Source of the DNA: the human T2T-CHM13v2.0 reference genome, Homo sapiens
Length of the DNA stretch: 64,000 nucleotides
Reading direction: 5' to 3' (one strand)
Assembly (NCBI RefSeq): GCF_009914755.1
Contig: NC_060934.1
Position 1 is the stretch's first letter. Each line of letters opens with the position of its first letter. This document shows, piece after piece, positions 1-13,608 of this stretch. The notes beneath the pieces were generated by a model. The model made no database searches and had not been told where the DNA came from. It saw nothing but the letters and a program-made list of their open reading frames with translations. The position numbers were made by a program, and so were the translations under genes.

Positions 1-184
1 GACTTATAAAATGTTCTTCACAAATTAGACTAGATCCAAGATCAACCCTTTAATGGTATCACGCTCATTCTCTTGCATTGCAATAGGCTTTTCTGAGTGG
101 GACAGACGTGGGTGGCAAATCACTTGATAACTGCAATGGAAAATCGACGCCCTGGTATTCCTTCTCCATTTCCATACATTGCCA

Positions 185-365
185 TTAGAATCCCAGATGT
201 ACTAGCAATATGAACTTGGACAAGTTCATATTTACCCTCTCTGCATCTCAGTTGCCTCATCTAAAAATAAGGATTATAAGTGCTTACCTTACTGAGGGAT
301 TAAAACATCAATGTAAAGCTGTTAGAACAAAGCCGGCTACATAGCAAGTACAAGAGAAATTTGTA
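185..365 (+). mobile_element. MIR SINE fragment
   Basis: Resembles the MIR core (…cttggacaagt…ctctctgcatctcagttgcctcatctaaaaataagg…). Confidence 0.7.
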
Positions 366-410
366 TTATTAATTACTACCGTGACTATTGCTACTGCCAC
401 TGTACTATCA

Positions 411-735
411 TAGTAGTTCTCTCTTATCCGTGGTTTCACTTTCCTGGTTTTAGTCACTCATGGTCCAAAAATAGTTGAGTCCAGTATGAAGAGATATTTT
501 GAGAGAGAGATACTACATTCACATAGCTTTTATTACAGTATATTGTTATAACTGATCTATTTGATTATTATTGTTAATCTCTTACTGTGCCTGATTTATA
601 AATTAAACTTTATCAAAGGTATGCATGTATCAGAAAAACAGAGTACTGTTTTTCTAGGGTTCAGTACTATCTGCAGGTTCAGGCATCCACTGGGGGTCTT
701 GGAACATATCCCACACTAATGAGGTGGGAATATTG
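411..735 (+). mobile_element. MER44A/Tigger7-type DNA transposon (TcMar-Tigger)
   Basis: Matches the consensus tagtag…cttatccgtggtttcactttcc… through …caggcatccactgggggtcttggaac…; decayed terminal inverted repeats (TIRs). Confidence 0.8.
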
Positions 736-1167
736 TTTAAGAAAACAGATGAAAAGTAAGAACCTCTGATCCAGGAAAAGGATTTGATGAAGCATGGGAG
801 CTGACACCCAGGCTTCTAGCTGGTGGATGTATGAATGGTGGTGTCATCGACCTAAGCACAGAATTCAAGAGGAGTGGAGGAGCCCAACCTCAGGCCTGTT
901 ACAATGTGAGGTGCCTCTGGAACATGAAAGTGAAAATATCCACCAAGCAATAAGATTTATCATCTGGGGTATCAGGTGAGAGGTCTAGCTAGGTTGGGGA
1001 TATGGAGTTAGAACTCATGAGTGAAGAAATCCAAAATTAAAGTTAAGGATATTATGGGTCTACATAGCATTTACAGAAGGGCCAAATAGACAATATTCCA
1101 GACAACAGAGGTTAGAGAAAAGCAAGCTATCTGTCTTAAGAGCACACTTTTTATATAACTCAAACTA

Positions 1168-1552
1168 CATATGTGTATATCTGTATATATGTGTATGTGT
1201 GTGTCTATATACATATATACACATATATACATGTATACAGCCACATATATGTATATATACACACATATACATATATGTATATATACACACATATACATAT
1301 ATGTATATATACACACATATACATATATGTATATATACACACATATACATATATGTATATATACACACATATACATATATGTATATATACACACATATAC
1401 ATATATGTATATATACACACATATACATATGTATATATACACACATATACATATATGCATATAGACACAAACATACACACATATATGTATATGTATATAG
1501 ACATACACACATATATATCATGTGATATATATATATACACACATATATCATA
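1168..1552. repeat. Alternating purine-pyrimidine (TA/CA) minisatellite with a 26-bp unit, GTATATATACACACATATACATATAT
   Basis: Units start at 1251, 1277, 1303, 1329, 1355, 1381, 1407 (24-bp variant) and 1431, with degenerate flanks. Confidence 0.95.
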
Positions 1553-2394
1553 CGATTTGCTGTATTAGTTGGCACATAATTTGAGCTGGGAGAGCAAAGT
1601 CCATCGCAATGTGACTTCATTATTCTTATGAGTGTTTTCAACTGTGGGTACCATTTTGGTGAACTGGAAAGCAAAGATACAGTCAGACATAAAGGTTACA
1701 TTTCTCTTTAATTATATAAGATCCAACGTTTTTTCAACCTTCAGATAAAAAATTTTCTCAAAAATGTTGCTGTCACTTTAAATCTTAAACCTGTGTCTAT
1801 TTTTAAAGAGATACTGTTCCTTCTGTAAAGTTATGGCTCTGATCTGAAGGGGCTGCCATGTTGGCACCAAATTATACACATTATACACACTAGAACAAAA
1901 AGCACCTCCCTACAGTTCAGTCAAGCATTTGAGCAAGAGCTCCAATGGCAGATTCCAGATGCTTTTTGATGATGAATGAGATTAAGCTCATACTCAAAGG
2001 CAGTATAGAATAATTCTCCATTCGCTGATATTAAAAACCTATAAAGGAACATAAAGCTAGTCGCATACTATAGTTTACCCCCTCTGGTTAAAGCATTCTT
2101 CTGAGTTAATCAGCCTCCAAGAAGAATGGGAAGCTTCAGATGGCTTGGCAGGTGTCAGGGCTAACACAGGACAGTGGACAGCCAGGCCTGCAGGAAGATG
2201 GACTAGAGGGTGGAGGGCAGGACGCTGGGACAAATGAGGGGGAAGAAGGTGACTGAGATGGCCCCAAAAGGAAACTCAGTCCACCCGTGCAGAGATATAC
2301 CAACATGGTAAATATTCACCATGTTAGTAATCCTCACATTATCAGTCCTGGGTTGTTAAATGCACTTATTCCTAAGCTAATTTATGAGACATGC

Positions 2395-2696
<302 letters not shown>

Positions 2697-3289
2697 TGAG
2701 ACATGCAGTTAAACAGGAAGGAACAAAAACATTTCTGTATATTCTCCTTCCCTAAAATCTACTGTGAAAGAGAAAAGAATAAAATATAATAAAATGGTTT
2801 CATAAATAAATGGTTATTACTCCAACACCACAAACTATAATGAACATTAGCTGAATACAGGGAAACTGGACCAAAATGAGGGAGGGCATTAGCAATGAAC
2901 ACATGGCTCCTTGGAATGCAAGCATGACACAGATTTTTCTCCGTCCTAAAAGACCACTGAAATGAGCCATTGGCTAAAGGGCTAAGATCTGAGTGAGAAC
3001 ATACTAAAAGAAAAGGGGCAGCAGTGGGTATCCCCAGAGAAACCCTGCTAACAGCACGTGGCAGAAGAGGAGCAGAAGGGGGAATCACGAACAGTGACTT
3101 TACTGTCCGAGAAGGAGGTGACAGGAACGAGGGAGGGGACATAGTGCTCACTCATCAACCCACTGACAGCCTCTATTTCACTGCCAGTCCCAAAGTGGGG
3201 AATGACTCAAAAGTGACAAGGCTGTTGCTTAAGCCAGTAAGTAGCTCAAACGAGAACTAGGGCTGACACACAGATAATTCACATATCAT

Positions 3290-3640
3290 GGGAGCAAGGA
3301 AAATGAATGAAATACTGCTCTATGCAACAATCGGGATCAATCTCAAGAAGCAATGTTGAGTGAAAGAAGCCAGAAAGCATACTGAATGGTTCCGTTCATG
3401 TAGAATCCCAAAACAGCAAAAGTCAATGATATTAGAAGCTGAAGAAGTAGCTACCTTTGAGCAGAGAGGAAGGCCTGCCTAATGACTGAAAGGAGATCAG
3501 AGGAAACTCTGAAACTCCAGTGGTGTTCTATTTCTTCACCTGAATAGTTGTCGTGAGTTTTGGCATGTTGATCATTCGCTGAACTATAAGCTTATGTTAT
3601 ATGCGCTTTTGTGTACATGTACGATGCTTTAATAAATATA
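3290..3640 (+). mobile_element. Old L1 (L1MC/ME) 3' end fragment
   Basis: gaatgaaatactgct…atgcaacaa…atgttgagtgaaagaagccaga motif typical of L1M 3' UTRs. Confidence 0.65.
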
Positions 3641-3882
3641 GTAGAGATGGGAGAAGAGAGAGAGAATATGAATAAATAAAAATAAATAATCCTATGTACA
3701 TCCTAGCAGAGAAAGCAAGTCATCATTAAGTGGGCAACTCAAGTTAGCCCCCAGTATCACATTAAGGAAATTCAATGCCCAAAGACAGTATCTACAAGAT
3801 TCCAGTAAAAGAAAAGGTGACTTGAGATTTTTATACCTAGACGAATTATCTATTAAATGAGAAAGGAACAGATACTCTGAAG

Positions 3883-4286
3883 TGTTAGGTTCTGAATGCT
3901 TCTGTTCCCTCTACAATTCAAGTTCAAACTTAATTATCAACGAAAGCATCTTGAGCGGGGGGCCTTCAGGAGGTGATTAAGTCATGATGTTTACAAGCAC
4001 ACCTAAACCCCTGTGAAAGGTATTCGGTGCGCTTATAACAGGGCTTAAGAAGGGAAGTTCATTCCTCTTGCCCTTCTGCCTTCTGTCATGGGAGGACACA
4101 GCATTTCTCTTCTCCAGAGGATGCAGTGTCACCAGATGGAATGCAGCCCTCGCCAGAAAACTGAATCTGTCCGCTCCTTGATCTCAGGCTTCCCAGCCCC
4201 CAGAATGGTAAGAAATAAAGTTCTATTATTTATAAATTACCCAGTCTCAAGTATTTTGTGAAACCAGCACAAAATGGACTAAGGCA
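3883..4286 (+). mobile_element. MaLR solo LTR (MSTD/MLT1A-like)
   Basis: tgttaggttctgaatg…gaggtgattaagtcatga…agaaataaag…aattacccagtctcaagtattttgtg…ggactaag. Confidence 0.75.
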
Positions 4287-4645
4287 TCTAGTATGCAGGA
4301 ACAAAGGATATGTAACATAAACCATATTTGAAATAAACAAAAATAAAATTCTTGGCAATTAAATCTAGCCAAATAAGCAACAAATCAAAAAGCTATCAAA
4401 ACTATTTTGAAAATTACAGTTTAAAATACAGTTATATATGTATAAAACATACATAGAATGTAGATACATATGCACGTATATATGTGTATATACATATAAA
4501 ACTTCTCAATATTGTCAATAATTGTTATTTTTACTTTACAGTAATATTTTAGGAAGTAATAGCTTAATATTCTTGGACTCACATAGTAAAAGTTCAGAAA
4601 TTACTTCATCTGATTTTCCTTTCTTAGATTCAAATTTACATTTAA

Positions 4646-5019
<374 letters not shown>

Positions 5020-7021
5020 AAGAACGTATCTTGAATGATGGTCACCAAAACATACTTCTGATTATTTCAAGGTGGTGGGAATTTGACTGAAATGTTTTTA
5101 GCTTTCTGAATGTTTCAGTTGGTTGAAAACAATGAATATAAATTACTTTTATGAGAGCAATACCATCTTTTTTCTCATATTGAATTAGTTGCCAAAAAAA
5201 TGGCCCGGCTGCCTTCTGCCCACCACCCTCCTACTCTACCTCCCCTCCCAAAATTTGTAGTATTTAATGTACCTAAAAAAATGGACCTCTTTATTTACTA
5301 TCTGTAGGCATTGGATGAAGCGAGCCAGTAGGTTCAAGGAACAAAACAAAATCCACCATGCAGAAGGGCGTTGCATATGGTTTGACTGTTTTATAAACAA
5401 GATGACAGATTCTGATGACTAAACTTGTTTTCTCATTATCAAAAGCAACACTCTGAACTCCAGAACATTTGCTTTAACAACTTACCTGAAGTTAATGAGG
5501 GAAGAGTTTCAAGGAACTAATTAATGTGCATTCCTCACAACACAGGCTGCCAGTTGGTGGTTTTTGCCAAGATGCCTACCACAAGGGAACAGGATGTGGC
5601 CTCCCATCTTACCTATAGTGACAGGAGTCATTGACTTCAGAGTGGACTCACCTGGGCGGAAAGAGTGACGATGTTCCGCCTGGCTGCATCTTTTGTTATA
5701 ATTTCACAGAGGAGATAACTTGATTGGAGGCAAATGGACACAAATCCTCCCAAAGCACCCAATTCAACTTTTATATCAAACTTAAAAAACATGCTACCTT
5801 TTCTGAGATAAATACGTGTTTCTGGCAAATTCACGACCACAGTGAAGGCCAATTAAAGTTCAAACAGAAGCTGGCAGAAATTTCATTTCCCTCAGAAACA
5901 GCAGAAGGCTGTTCAATCATGGATTGCCGCTACCAATATGCAAGTATTACTGATCACGCGAGGTAACAACGGCTGGAATTTCAAAATCTGTGTCTCTAAA
6001 AATATACAAAATGTCCAACTCGGGCCACTGTTTTTGGCGCAAGTTCTGGGAAACTCTTAGGGAGAACATTTCGTATTTTTCACTCCGGATCCATAGTGTG
6101 AAGCAGGCCCTGAAATCTCCAGTGATGACATGAGTAAACAGTAACAGTAAAGTGATAAAATAAGAAAATTTTTAAAACAGCATTCAAGATACCACTAGCC
6201 AAACGGCATCGTGCTAATGACTTCTACTTTTAGATGACAAGTCGTGCTATTTAGACAACCAAATTTCATTGCAGACAGCCTTCAGGAACAGGTACCAAGG
6301 CAACCATACCGCTGCCAGGCTGTGGGTAGCCGTGGGGGGCTAGAGGAGGGAGAACACACGGATGAAGATCCGAAACACCACCACAAACTTAAAAAAATTA
6401 TCTACAGAAAAACTAAAAACTGGACTTCATTCAACACCCATCTGGCATCTCGGAGAGAGAAAGAAATCACTTAGGGCTCCCTGTCTTCAACAAATTGTAT
6501 CTTTCAAAACTGCCAGTAAGGCAGATTCCAACCCTCTGAATGAGACTATTTGCAAGAGATTTGGGTGGTTGACATTTTAGTGTTATTTCTGGACATGACA
6601 TCTTTGGTTGATTACTTGGGTATAAAATAATGAGCGAGTGGCCCCTGTCATTTACTCCTGTTACAACAGCGAAAAGCATGCCATTGCTGCTGTCAAAATA
6701 CGTCATAAAAGACTCATATTTCAAAATAGTTTGGTGTCAAAAGCTATTAATCATAATATCAATATATAGAATGAGGGAGGAGAGCAAAATAAACTTCATT
6801 TCTCCCCAATATGAAGAATAAAAATCAGTCACATATACACCTACACCCTTCATCATACCCAGACCCAAATCCCAGTGGAATCAGGATCAGGAAGTGAGGC
6901 AGAACCCTGCAGACCAGCCAGCTCATCCAGAAGATGACACATAGGCCCATCATGAAGCAGGGGAAAGAAACCACTTTCACAAACGCAACGGAACTATGAG
7001 GTTCATAGGTGTGTTACTATG

Positions 7022-7503
7022 TGTGGGAGGCGGGGTGATGGCTCCCCAAATATATTTCTGTCCCAATCCCTGGAACCTGCGCATATCAGCTCATGAGGCA
7101 AAAGGGACTTTGTCGAAGTGGATAAGTGAAGGATCTTGAGTTGGGGAGGTTATCTGGGTGGGCCTGATATAATTGCAGTGGTGCTTATAAGAGGGATGGG
7201 AGAAGAATCAGAGTGAGAGGAGAATGCAATGTGATGACGGTAGCAGAGAATGATGTGGTAGGTTCTGAGGATGAAGGAAGGGGCTGTAAGCCAAGGAATG
7301 CAGGCACTCACTAGAAGCTGAGAAAGGCAAGGAGCCATTCTCCTCTAGAGCCTCCTGAAGGAAGTGACTTGGGTGACATGTGGAGTCTAATTCAGTGAAA
7401 AAGATCTCAGACTTCCGCCCTCCAGAAGCATAAGAGAATAAATCGGTGCTGTTTTCAGCCACTGTTTGTGCTCATTGTTTATAGCAGCAATAGGAAACTA
7501 AGG
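7022..7503 (+). mobile_element. MLT1D-like MaLR solo LTR
   Basis: …ccctggaacctg…ggcaaaagggactttg…gcctcctgaagga…atagcagcaataggaaactaa. Confidence 0.8.
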
Positions 7504-8189
7504 CACTATGCAAACATATGCCGCGTATTTATCTCCATTAGCACTTTCAGCTACTCTGCAACTTATTTTTCTAGGCCTCAAAATACTATTCATAAAGCAT
7601 CTATGGAAGCTTTTGCCTCCTGTTACACAAAGTGAGAGTAGAATAATCTACTTTTGTCTTGGCACAGAAAATTTGCAATGAAATGCAACACATTTTAATT
7701 CTTACACAAGGCTAGGAAACATTATTAGCGATATTGCAAAAACAAAAATACACTTCCAATTCAGACCCACAAAATGAGCACTCTTCGATTATAATTCTAT
7801 TCACCTCCCTGTGAGTACCATGCTATTGGTTTTCTTCTGGGTGTGGCAGGAAGTTTCAGTGAAAGAGAAAGAAAAATTAACAGATAAGCCCAAGTACCTG
7901 GCCACTCAGGCTGAAAAGGGAGTGGTAGGGGAACTGAAGGCTAGATAGTCAAGGAAGGTTAACTGTATGCTAGATGGCCAAGGAAGGCCAAGGAAGGTGA
8001 TCACTGATCTGCCCGCCCCCGTCTTCGCTACTCCTTGTAACCACAAAGGCATGAAAAGATATGGAGACCTCTGAAGCAGTCAAAACATAAAGATACTATC
8101 ACTCTCAGAAGGCTCTGCACTAGGATTCAGATGGGTTAGGGGTTTATTTTTCTTTTTTATGGCATTGATATCACTGTTTATGTCAAAGA

Positions 8190-9110
8190 TTGTTTGCAAA
8201 AACAGCTGTGATCATCCCTCCCTCTCCTCTGTACCTTCCATGCCCCTGGTGTTTCCTTGTACACTGGCTCTGGGCCTAATCAAGTGAATTGCTTTGGTCA
8301 ATAGAGAGGGCATTAGCAAATGTGAATGTAACAGACTTGGAAAGTGCTTGTGTACCTGGGCTTATGTCTTAGTCCATTTTTGTGTTGCTATAATGGAATA
8401 CTTGAGGCTGGGTAATTTACAAAGAAAAGTGGTTTATTTGGCTCCTGGTTCCACAGGCTGCACAAGAAGCATGGCGCCAGCATCTGCTTCTTGTGAGGGC
8501 TTCAGGAAGCTTCCGCTCAAGGCAGAAGGGGAAGGGGAGCTGTTGTGTATAGATGACAGCGAGAGGATGGAGGGCAAGACGGAAGGGAGGTGCTAGGCTC
8601 TTTTTAAGAATCAGCTCTCCTGGGGACTCATAAAGCAAGACCTCACTGGTTACCATGAGGACACACCAAGCCATTCAAGAGGGATCCGCCCCAATGTCCC
8701 AAAGACCTCCCACCAGGCCCAACCTCCAGCACTGGGGATCAAATTTCAACATCAGATTTGGAGGGGACAAACATCCAAACTGTATCAACTTGCACCTCAT
8801 GCACGTGAGCTGTACCTTGTACTATCCCTGGAAGAGACCACCATGTGAACAAACCCAAGCTAGCACATCAGAAGGCGTGAGAAGCCACCCGGAAGAGAAG
8901 TGCAGTGTCTTGGACAACGGTCTGCCAACCACCACAGATGAGTGAGACCATCCTAGGGTACCCTATTAGCCAACCCCCCAGCTGACCCCACATTCAGGAG
9001 AGAGCCCAGTAAATATCAGCTTAGACAGTTCTGACAAAATTGTAAGATGGTTTTGTTTTAATCCACTAGATTTGGGGGGTTTTTTGGTGCAGCAAAAGGT
9101 TACTTGATAT
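8190..9110 (+). mobile_element. Old MLT1 (G/H-like) LTR interrupted by an MST LTR
   Basis: MLT1-like sequence on both sides of the 8365-8787 insertion, ending …gcagcaaaaggttacttgata. Confidence 0.55.
8365..8787 (-). mobile_element. MSTB-like MaLR solo LTR
   Basis: tgtcttagtccatttt…gttgctataa…catccaaactgtatca is the reverse complement of the MST consensus; minus-strand AATAAA at 8433-8438. Confidence 0.85.
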
Positions 9111-9277
9111 AATCTATAAAGCTAACACCAACACACTGGAGAAATTATAAAAAATAAAAAGTAGAAAAATAAAATCACTGAGAATCCCAACATACAGAGA
9201 CATTAACCAATAATTTTTTCATTTATTTATGCACCTATGTGAATATTCTCTGTAACTGGAATCACACTGTAAAGCAA

Positions 9278-9568
9278 TGTTGTTGTTTTTTTCAGCGAGA
9301 CTGAGTCTCACTCTGTCGCCCAGACTGCAGTGCAATGGCGTGATCTTGGCTCATTACAACCTCCGTCTCCTGGGTTCAAGCGATTCTTGTGCCTCAGTCT
9401 CTGAAGTAGCTGGGATTATAGATGCCCGCCACCACGCCCAGCTTATTTTTGTATTTTTAGTAGAGATGGGGTTTCACCATGTTGGCCAGGCTGGTCTAGA
9501 ACTCCTGATGCACCTGCCTTAGACTCCCAAAGTGCTGGGATTACAGACGTGAGCCATGGCACCCGGCC
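9278..9568 (-). mobile_element. AluS
   Basis: Two-arm Alu consensus. Confidence 0.9.
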
Positions 9569-9702
9569 TTGTAAATGCAATCTTATAATGTGCTATTATA
9601 AGTATTCTCGTGTCATTTTATGTTCCATCATCTACTAGTTAATTTAACCATTTTTATATCAAGGTGGCTCAAAGCTTCTACTGTTAAAAGTACTGTGGCA
9701 AA

Positions 9703-9979
<277 letters not shown>

Positions 9980-10748
9980 TTACTGCAACAAAAGGTTGGA
10001 AGCTTTTACGGTGCCTGGCATATACTCCAAAAATGGGTCTAGAATTAACACGCTAATTTACAATCCAACAGCAATGCATGAAAATGTCTATTGCACCAAA
10101 CCTTTACTATCACTTTGCATTATCATTTTTAAAATCTTCGTTAATCGATATTCTAAAAAATAGTAACTTGTTTTAATCTGCATTTCATTGACTGCTACTA
10201 AGGCTGACCAGTTTTTTATAGGCTTGGTCATTGATCTTCTCTTGTGAAATATCTGTTCTTGCTCATTTTTTTTTTTCTACTGAGGTATAAAAAGTAGCTT
10301 TCTGCCATTTATCTCCAACACTTTTGAGAGTGGTTAAGATAAGCCGATATTGTTGGGACAGGGCAGAGATATTTAATCCCAGGTCCCATGGTCAAGTATA
10401 TACAATTTTTCCTAGACAGAATCTATGGCTTTCATTGACTTCCTTAAGGGGCCAATGGACTTATAAACTCTGAGAACCAACTGGGCTAAATGAGGAAGTA
10501 CAGTATCAGTAGCTTCCACCAAACTGATGCCTCAGTATTACCCAACTAGTCACAGAAGACCTAACTGAATGAAAAGCAGGAGTTCTGATGAGTGCTCATG
10601 GGAAGTACACAAAGGGACAGAGACCATAGCCTAACAACAGTTTAAATTTATATTCAAGTCATGAAATGTAATATATACCACTGCTTTGCATTTTCTCTTA
10701 CCATTGTTGATTCTGCTATGTGCCAGCTAAAATCTCACCTCTACTTCC

Positions 10749-11106
10749 TGTGGACTGAGTATTTATGACCCCTCCAAATCCATATGTTAAAGCCCTAAGT
10801 GCTAATGTGATGGTATTTGGAAGTAGGGTCCTTGGAAGAGAATTAGGTCATGAGAGTGGAGCCCTTATAAATAGGATTAGTGCTCTTATAAGAACAGACA
10901 CAAGAAAAATGATCTCTCTGCCATGTGATGATACAGAAAGGATGTGTCACCTGGGACCAGAAAGAGAGCTCTTGCCAGGAAATGAATTAGCCAGCACTTT
11001 GATCTCAGATTTCCCAGCCCAAAGAACCATGAGAAATAAATTTCTGCTGTCTAAGTCACCCAGTCTATGGTATTTTTGTTATAGCAGCCCAAGCTGACTA
11101 AGATAC
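10749..11106 (+). mobile_element. MLT1A0-like MaLR solo LTR
   Basis: tgtggactga…ccaaatccatatgttaaagcc…agaaataaatttctg…atagcagcccaagctgactaagata. Confidence 0.8.
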
Positions 11107-11653
11107 TGCAGAAGCTTTTTTAGACTATCTCAAGCCATGATGATTTCTGCCCAGGCTACATTTCTACTGCAGTGACACCTGGTGTTCCAATTTAACAGGT
11201 TAACTATTCTTCAAGTTTCACTAGGTTAGTAGCTCTGTTAGAAACAGAACTGGGTCATACCTTTTGTGCCTTTCAGAAAGGCTTACGAAGATATTAGATA
11301 AGAATTTAATAAACATTTCATAGGTTCTTAACCACTTCTGCAGAAGTGGTTAAAAGCTCTTGGTTAACTTCCAAGGTTGGAAGCATGGATGGAGTTTGAT
11401 AAAGTCTACCTGCATGGCTTTGACAGGTTACTCTAAGCTTAAGGTTCCTCATCTGTAAAATGGGAAAAAAGTAACTCCAGCTCACAGAAATATCTTATTT
11501 AAGATGACCTATCTTAGGGAAGATAAGCACTCATAAATGGACTATTAGTATCATCAGCCATCATCATTACTAGGCAAATATTTTCACCTATATTCATTTC
11601 TAAAAACTGGTCAATTTAAGGCACTGAAATGCAAAGTTATATAAATCTTATTA

Positions 11654-11999
<346 letters not shown>

Positions 12000-13223
12000 T
12001 TATTCAAAGTGGTGTTTGCTATAGTTCAAGTAGTGATCAGCGAAAACTCTCATAGTCTGAAGCAACAGAAAGCTGTAATAAATTAGGGTTCAAAGAACTG
12101 TTATAAAGGCTATAACACGTACCCAAAAATTTTTGTGAAAGAAGTAGGTGAACAGCTAAAGTAAAAAACGTATATATACTGAACATGCAGAAATTCTAGA
12201 GTATCTATTAAAAGCTTGAATGAGCTTGAATGAGAAGAACAAGCTGAATCTTTTGGTCACTGTCCTAGGAACACAGCAAGTTGAGAAATAACAGTCTCCA
12301 AGATGTTATAAAGTTGGGCAACTAACTTTTCTGCATTCTCTTATAGCAAATTACAGCTGGCAAAGTCTTTTAGATAGCAATTGCTTTCAATTCAGTCAAC
12401 CAAAATGACCAAACAATGAACCTTTAACACTAACCATTGATCTTGCTAATTGCATCTGCCACTATATCAGCTTCTTTTGTTCCCAGTCAGCCCTCTTCCA
12501 ACACGACTCCAATTGCTAAACTGTCGGAACACACAAAGTGACAGATTTAGTGTTTCATTGGCAATTTATATAACTGACTGCAACACTGTTGTAGTGAATC
12601 ATGATTTGTCTCACATTGCAGCACATCACCTTTTAAATGCAAGGGGGAAGAAAGCCAACACCTCTTTAAAGTTTAATATGTGACCATCTACCACTACATC
12701 CTATGATCTGAAAGAGAGCAGATCAAATGAGTGATGTATTGCTTTTCCCTTTCAATACCTATAACTTCCTGCACTAGGCATTCATGAATCCTGTGCTCAC
12801 ACACTCTTCTTCATCTGCATGTGATTCAGGGGGAAATCTGGTAGTTATACATGAATGACATCTATACCAGTCAGTGGATGGAACCTAGAATAAAGGGTTA
12901 CAATGATGAATATTTGGGGCGGGAATTCTGCACTAAAGGGCACATGCGTGGATATGGGGGCATCTTAAAACTCTCCAAATTAGATGTAAAATGTCATATG
13001 TGAAAATATATATTGGGGGGGTTATCTCCATAGGTTTCACTTGTTTCTCAAAGATTTCTGAAAAGATGAAAAATAATGGCTTAAGGTAACTTGACTTATT
13101 GTTGCAATAATGAAAAAGAATGATGACATGAATAAGCAGGTGAACAATGCAACAGTATCACAGGATATCAAGTTTTACACCAAGGCTCAGCAGCAAAAAG
13201 TAAGAAACATGAGAAATGGTTGG

Positions 13224-13608
13224 TGTTATGGGCTGAATTCCATCCTAACCCTCAATATCTCAGAATGTGACTATTTGGAAATGGTGACTTCACAGAGATG
13301 ATTTAGTTAAAATGAGGTCATATGAGTGGATCTTAATCCAATATGACTGTTGTCCTTACAAGAAGGGCAAAGCTGAACACAGACAGGTACTGAGGGAAGG
13401 CACAGTGAAGACACAGGGAGAAAAGGGCCACCCACAAGCCAAGGAGTGAGGTCTAGAAAAAATCATTCCCTTAAACCCTCAGAAGAAACCAATTCTGTTA
13501 TTTTGACATTAGACTTCTAATCTCCACGAACACAAGAAAATTTATTTCTGTTGCTTAAGTCACCCAGTCTTTGGCACTTTGTTATGGCAGACCCAGCAAA
13601 CTAATACA
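13224..13608 (+). mobile_element. MLT1B-like MaLR solo LTR
   Basis: tgttatgggctgaatt…cagaatgtgactatttggaaat…gttatggcagacccagcaaactaataca. Confidence 0.82.

Noticed and set aside
1071-1674. Six overlapping ORFs rich in Y/I/C/V/H/T
   Set aside because: They are translations of the TA/CA minisatellite, which lacks stop codons in most frames; no coding signal.
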